The notes beneath the pieces are model-generated. The model saw only the letters and a program-made list of their open reading frames with translations, ran no database searches and was not told the DNA's origin. Of a DNA stretch of 64,000 bases, positions 62,568 through 64,000 are shown in pieces (the stretch's first letter is position 1; each line of letters starts with the position of its first letter). The position numbers were made by a program, and so were the translations under genes. The DNA is from Callorhinchus milii (lineage: Eukaryota): assembly GCF_018977255.1 (NCBI RefSeq), contig NW_024704742.1:131752001-131816000 (forward strand), read 5' to 3'.

Positions 62568-63907
62568 AGAGACTATAATCTGGGACAAAATAAATTTTCA
62601 TTTAGTAAAATATGGGTTAATAAAAGACAGCCAACATGGATTTGTTAAAGGTAAATCATGTCTAACAAACCTGATAGAGTTTTTTGATGAAGTAACGGAG
62701 GGTGAATGAAGGTAGTGCAGTTGATGTAGTTTATAAGGATTTTAAAAAGGCATTTGATAACGTGCCACATAAGTGAATGTCAGCAAATTAGAAGCCCATG
62801 ATATTAAAGGGATAGTGGCAGCATGGATACAGAACTGGCTGGGAGACAGAAAGTGGAGAGTGGTGGTGAACGGTCGTTTTTTGACTGGAGGGAAATGTGT
62901 AGTGGTGTCCCCCAGGGGTCAGTATTAGGACAACTACTGTTTTTGATTTATTTCAATGACCTGAACTTGGGTATAGGGAGTACAATTTCCAAGTCTGCAG
63001 ATGATACTAAGCTAGGAAAAGTAGTAACCAGTGAGGACGATAGTAGCAGACTGCAAATGAACATAGACAGACTGGTAAAATGGGCAGACACGGGGCAGAT
63101 GAAGTTTAATGTGGAGAAATACAAAGTGATGCATTTTGGGAGGAAGAATGAGGAGAGGCAATATAAGCTGATGGTACAATCTTAAAGGGGTGAAGGAACA
63201 GAGAGGGTTCATATAAATAAATCTTTGAAAGTGGCAGGACAGGTAGATAAAGCTGTTAGAAAAGTATACAGCATACTAGGCTTTATAAAAAAGGGGCACA
63301 GAATACAAAAGTTAGGAAGTTATGATAAACCTTTATAAAACACTGGTTAGGCCTCAGCGAGAGACTGTGTTCAGTTCTGGGCACCACACTTTAGGAAAGA
63401 TGTCAAGGCATTGGAGAGGGTGCAAAGGAGATTTACCAGGATGGTACCAGGAATGAGGGATTTCAGTTATCAGGAGTGGCTAGAGACGCTAGGATTATTC
63501 TCCTTGGAGCAGAGAAGGTGAAGAGGAGACTTACAGAAATTTTCAAAATTATGAGGGGATTCGATAAGGTGAACAAGGAGAAATTATTTTCAATGGCTGG
63601 TGGGTCGGTAACCCGAGGACACCGATTTAAAATAGTTGTTAAAAGAAACAGAGAGGAGGTGAGCGGAAAAATTTTCACACAGTTAGTTGCTCTGATTTGG
63701 AATGCATTACCTGGAAGGGTGGTGGAAGCCAATTGGATAACAACTTTTAAGAGAGAAATAAATAATTATTTGGGGAGGACAAGTTTACAGGGCTTGGGAA
63801 GAGACTGGGGGAGTGGGATTGATTTGGATAGTTCTTTTCAAAGAGCCGCCACAGACACAATGGGCCACATGGCCTCCTTCTGTACTGTATAATTCTATGA
63901 TTCTATG
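62568..63907 (+). mobile_element. CR1 LINE, 5'-truncated, RT domain to 3' tail, with frameshifts and stops
   Basis: QHGFVKGKSCLTNLIEFFDEVT, VDVVYKDFKKAFDNVPH, SGVPQGSVLGQLLFLIYFNDL, ADDTKLG, TRGHRFKI, WNALP; terminal attctatgattctatg repeat. Confidence 0.95.
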
Positions 63908-64000
63908 GTCAGAAATGCCTTCCTACAGATGAGACATTAAAACAAGATCCTATCTGCCTGTTCAGGTGGATGTTAAATAACCCAAGGCTCTGTTCGAAAA

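Overview
Repeat-rich vertebrate DNA. The repeat content (tRNA-headed Deu-domain SINEs with L2-type tails, L2 and CR1 LINE fragments) points to a cartilaginous fish, probably a chimaera such as elephant shark; this is an inference. I found no intact protein-coding gene, rRNA, true tRNA or CRISPR array. The main hidden signal is in the unique sequence between the SINE/LINE insertions. Translated by eye across stops and frameshifts, much of it reads as decayed leucine-rich repeats (LxxLxLxxNxI/LxxL/IPxxxF), LRRNT/LRRCT caps and I-set-like Ig domains, repeatedly in the order LRRNT-LRRs-LRRCT-Ig. I count roughly 15-18 remnants on both strands, several with recognisable nucleotide homology to each other. 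The window therefore looks like a dense, heavily pseudogenised tandem cluster of apparently intronless LRR-Ig receptor-like genes. It also holds a fragmented Tigger/pogo-type transposase fossil, a MITE-like family, an unclassified repeat family, inverted minisatellite arms and a few repeat-free blocks that may be conserved non-coding elements. All domain calls are manual pattern matches and need frameshift-aware profile searches. Coordinates of decayed features are approximate.
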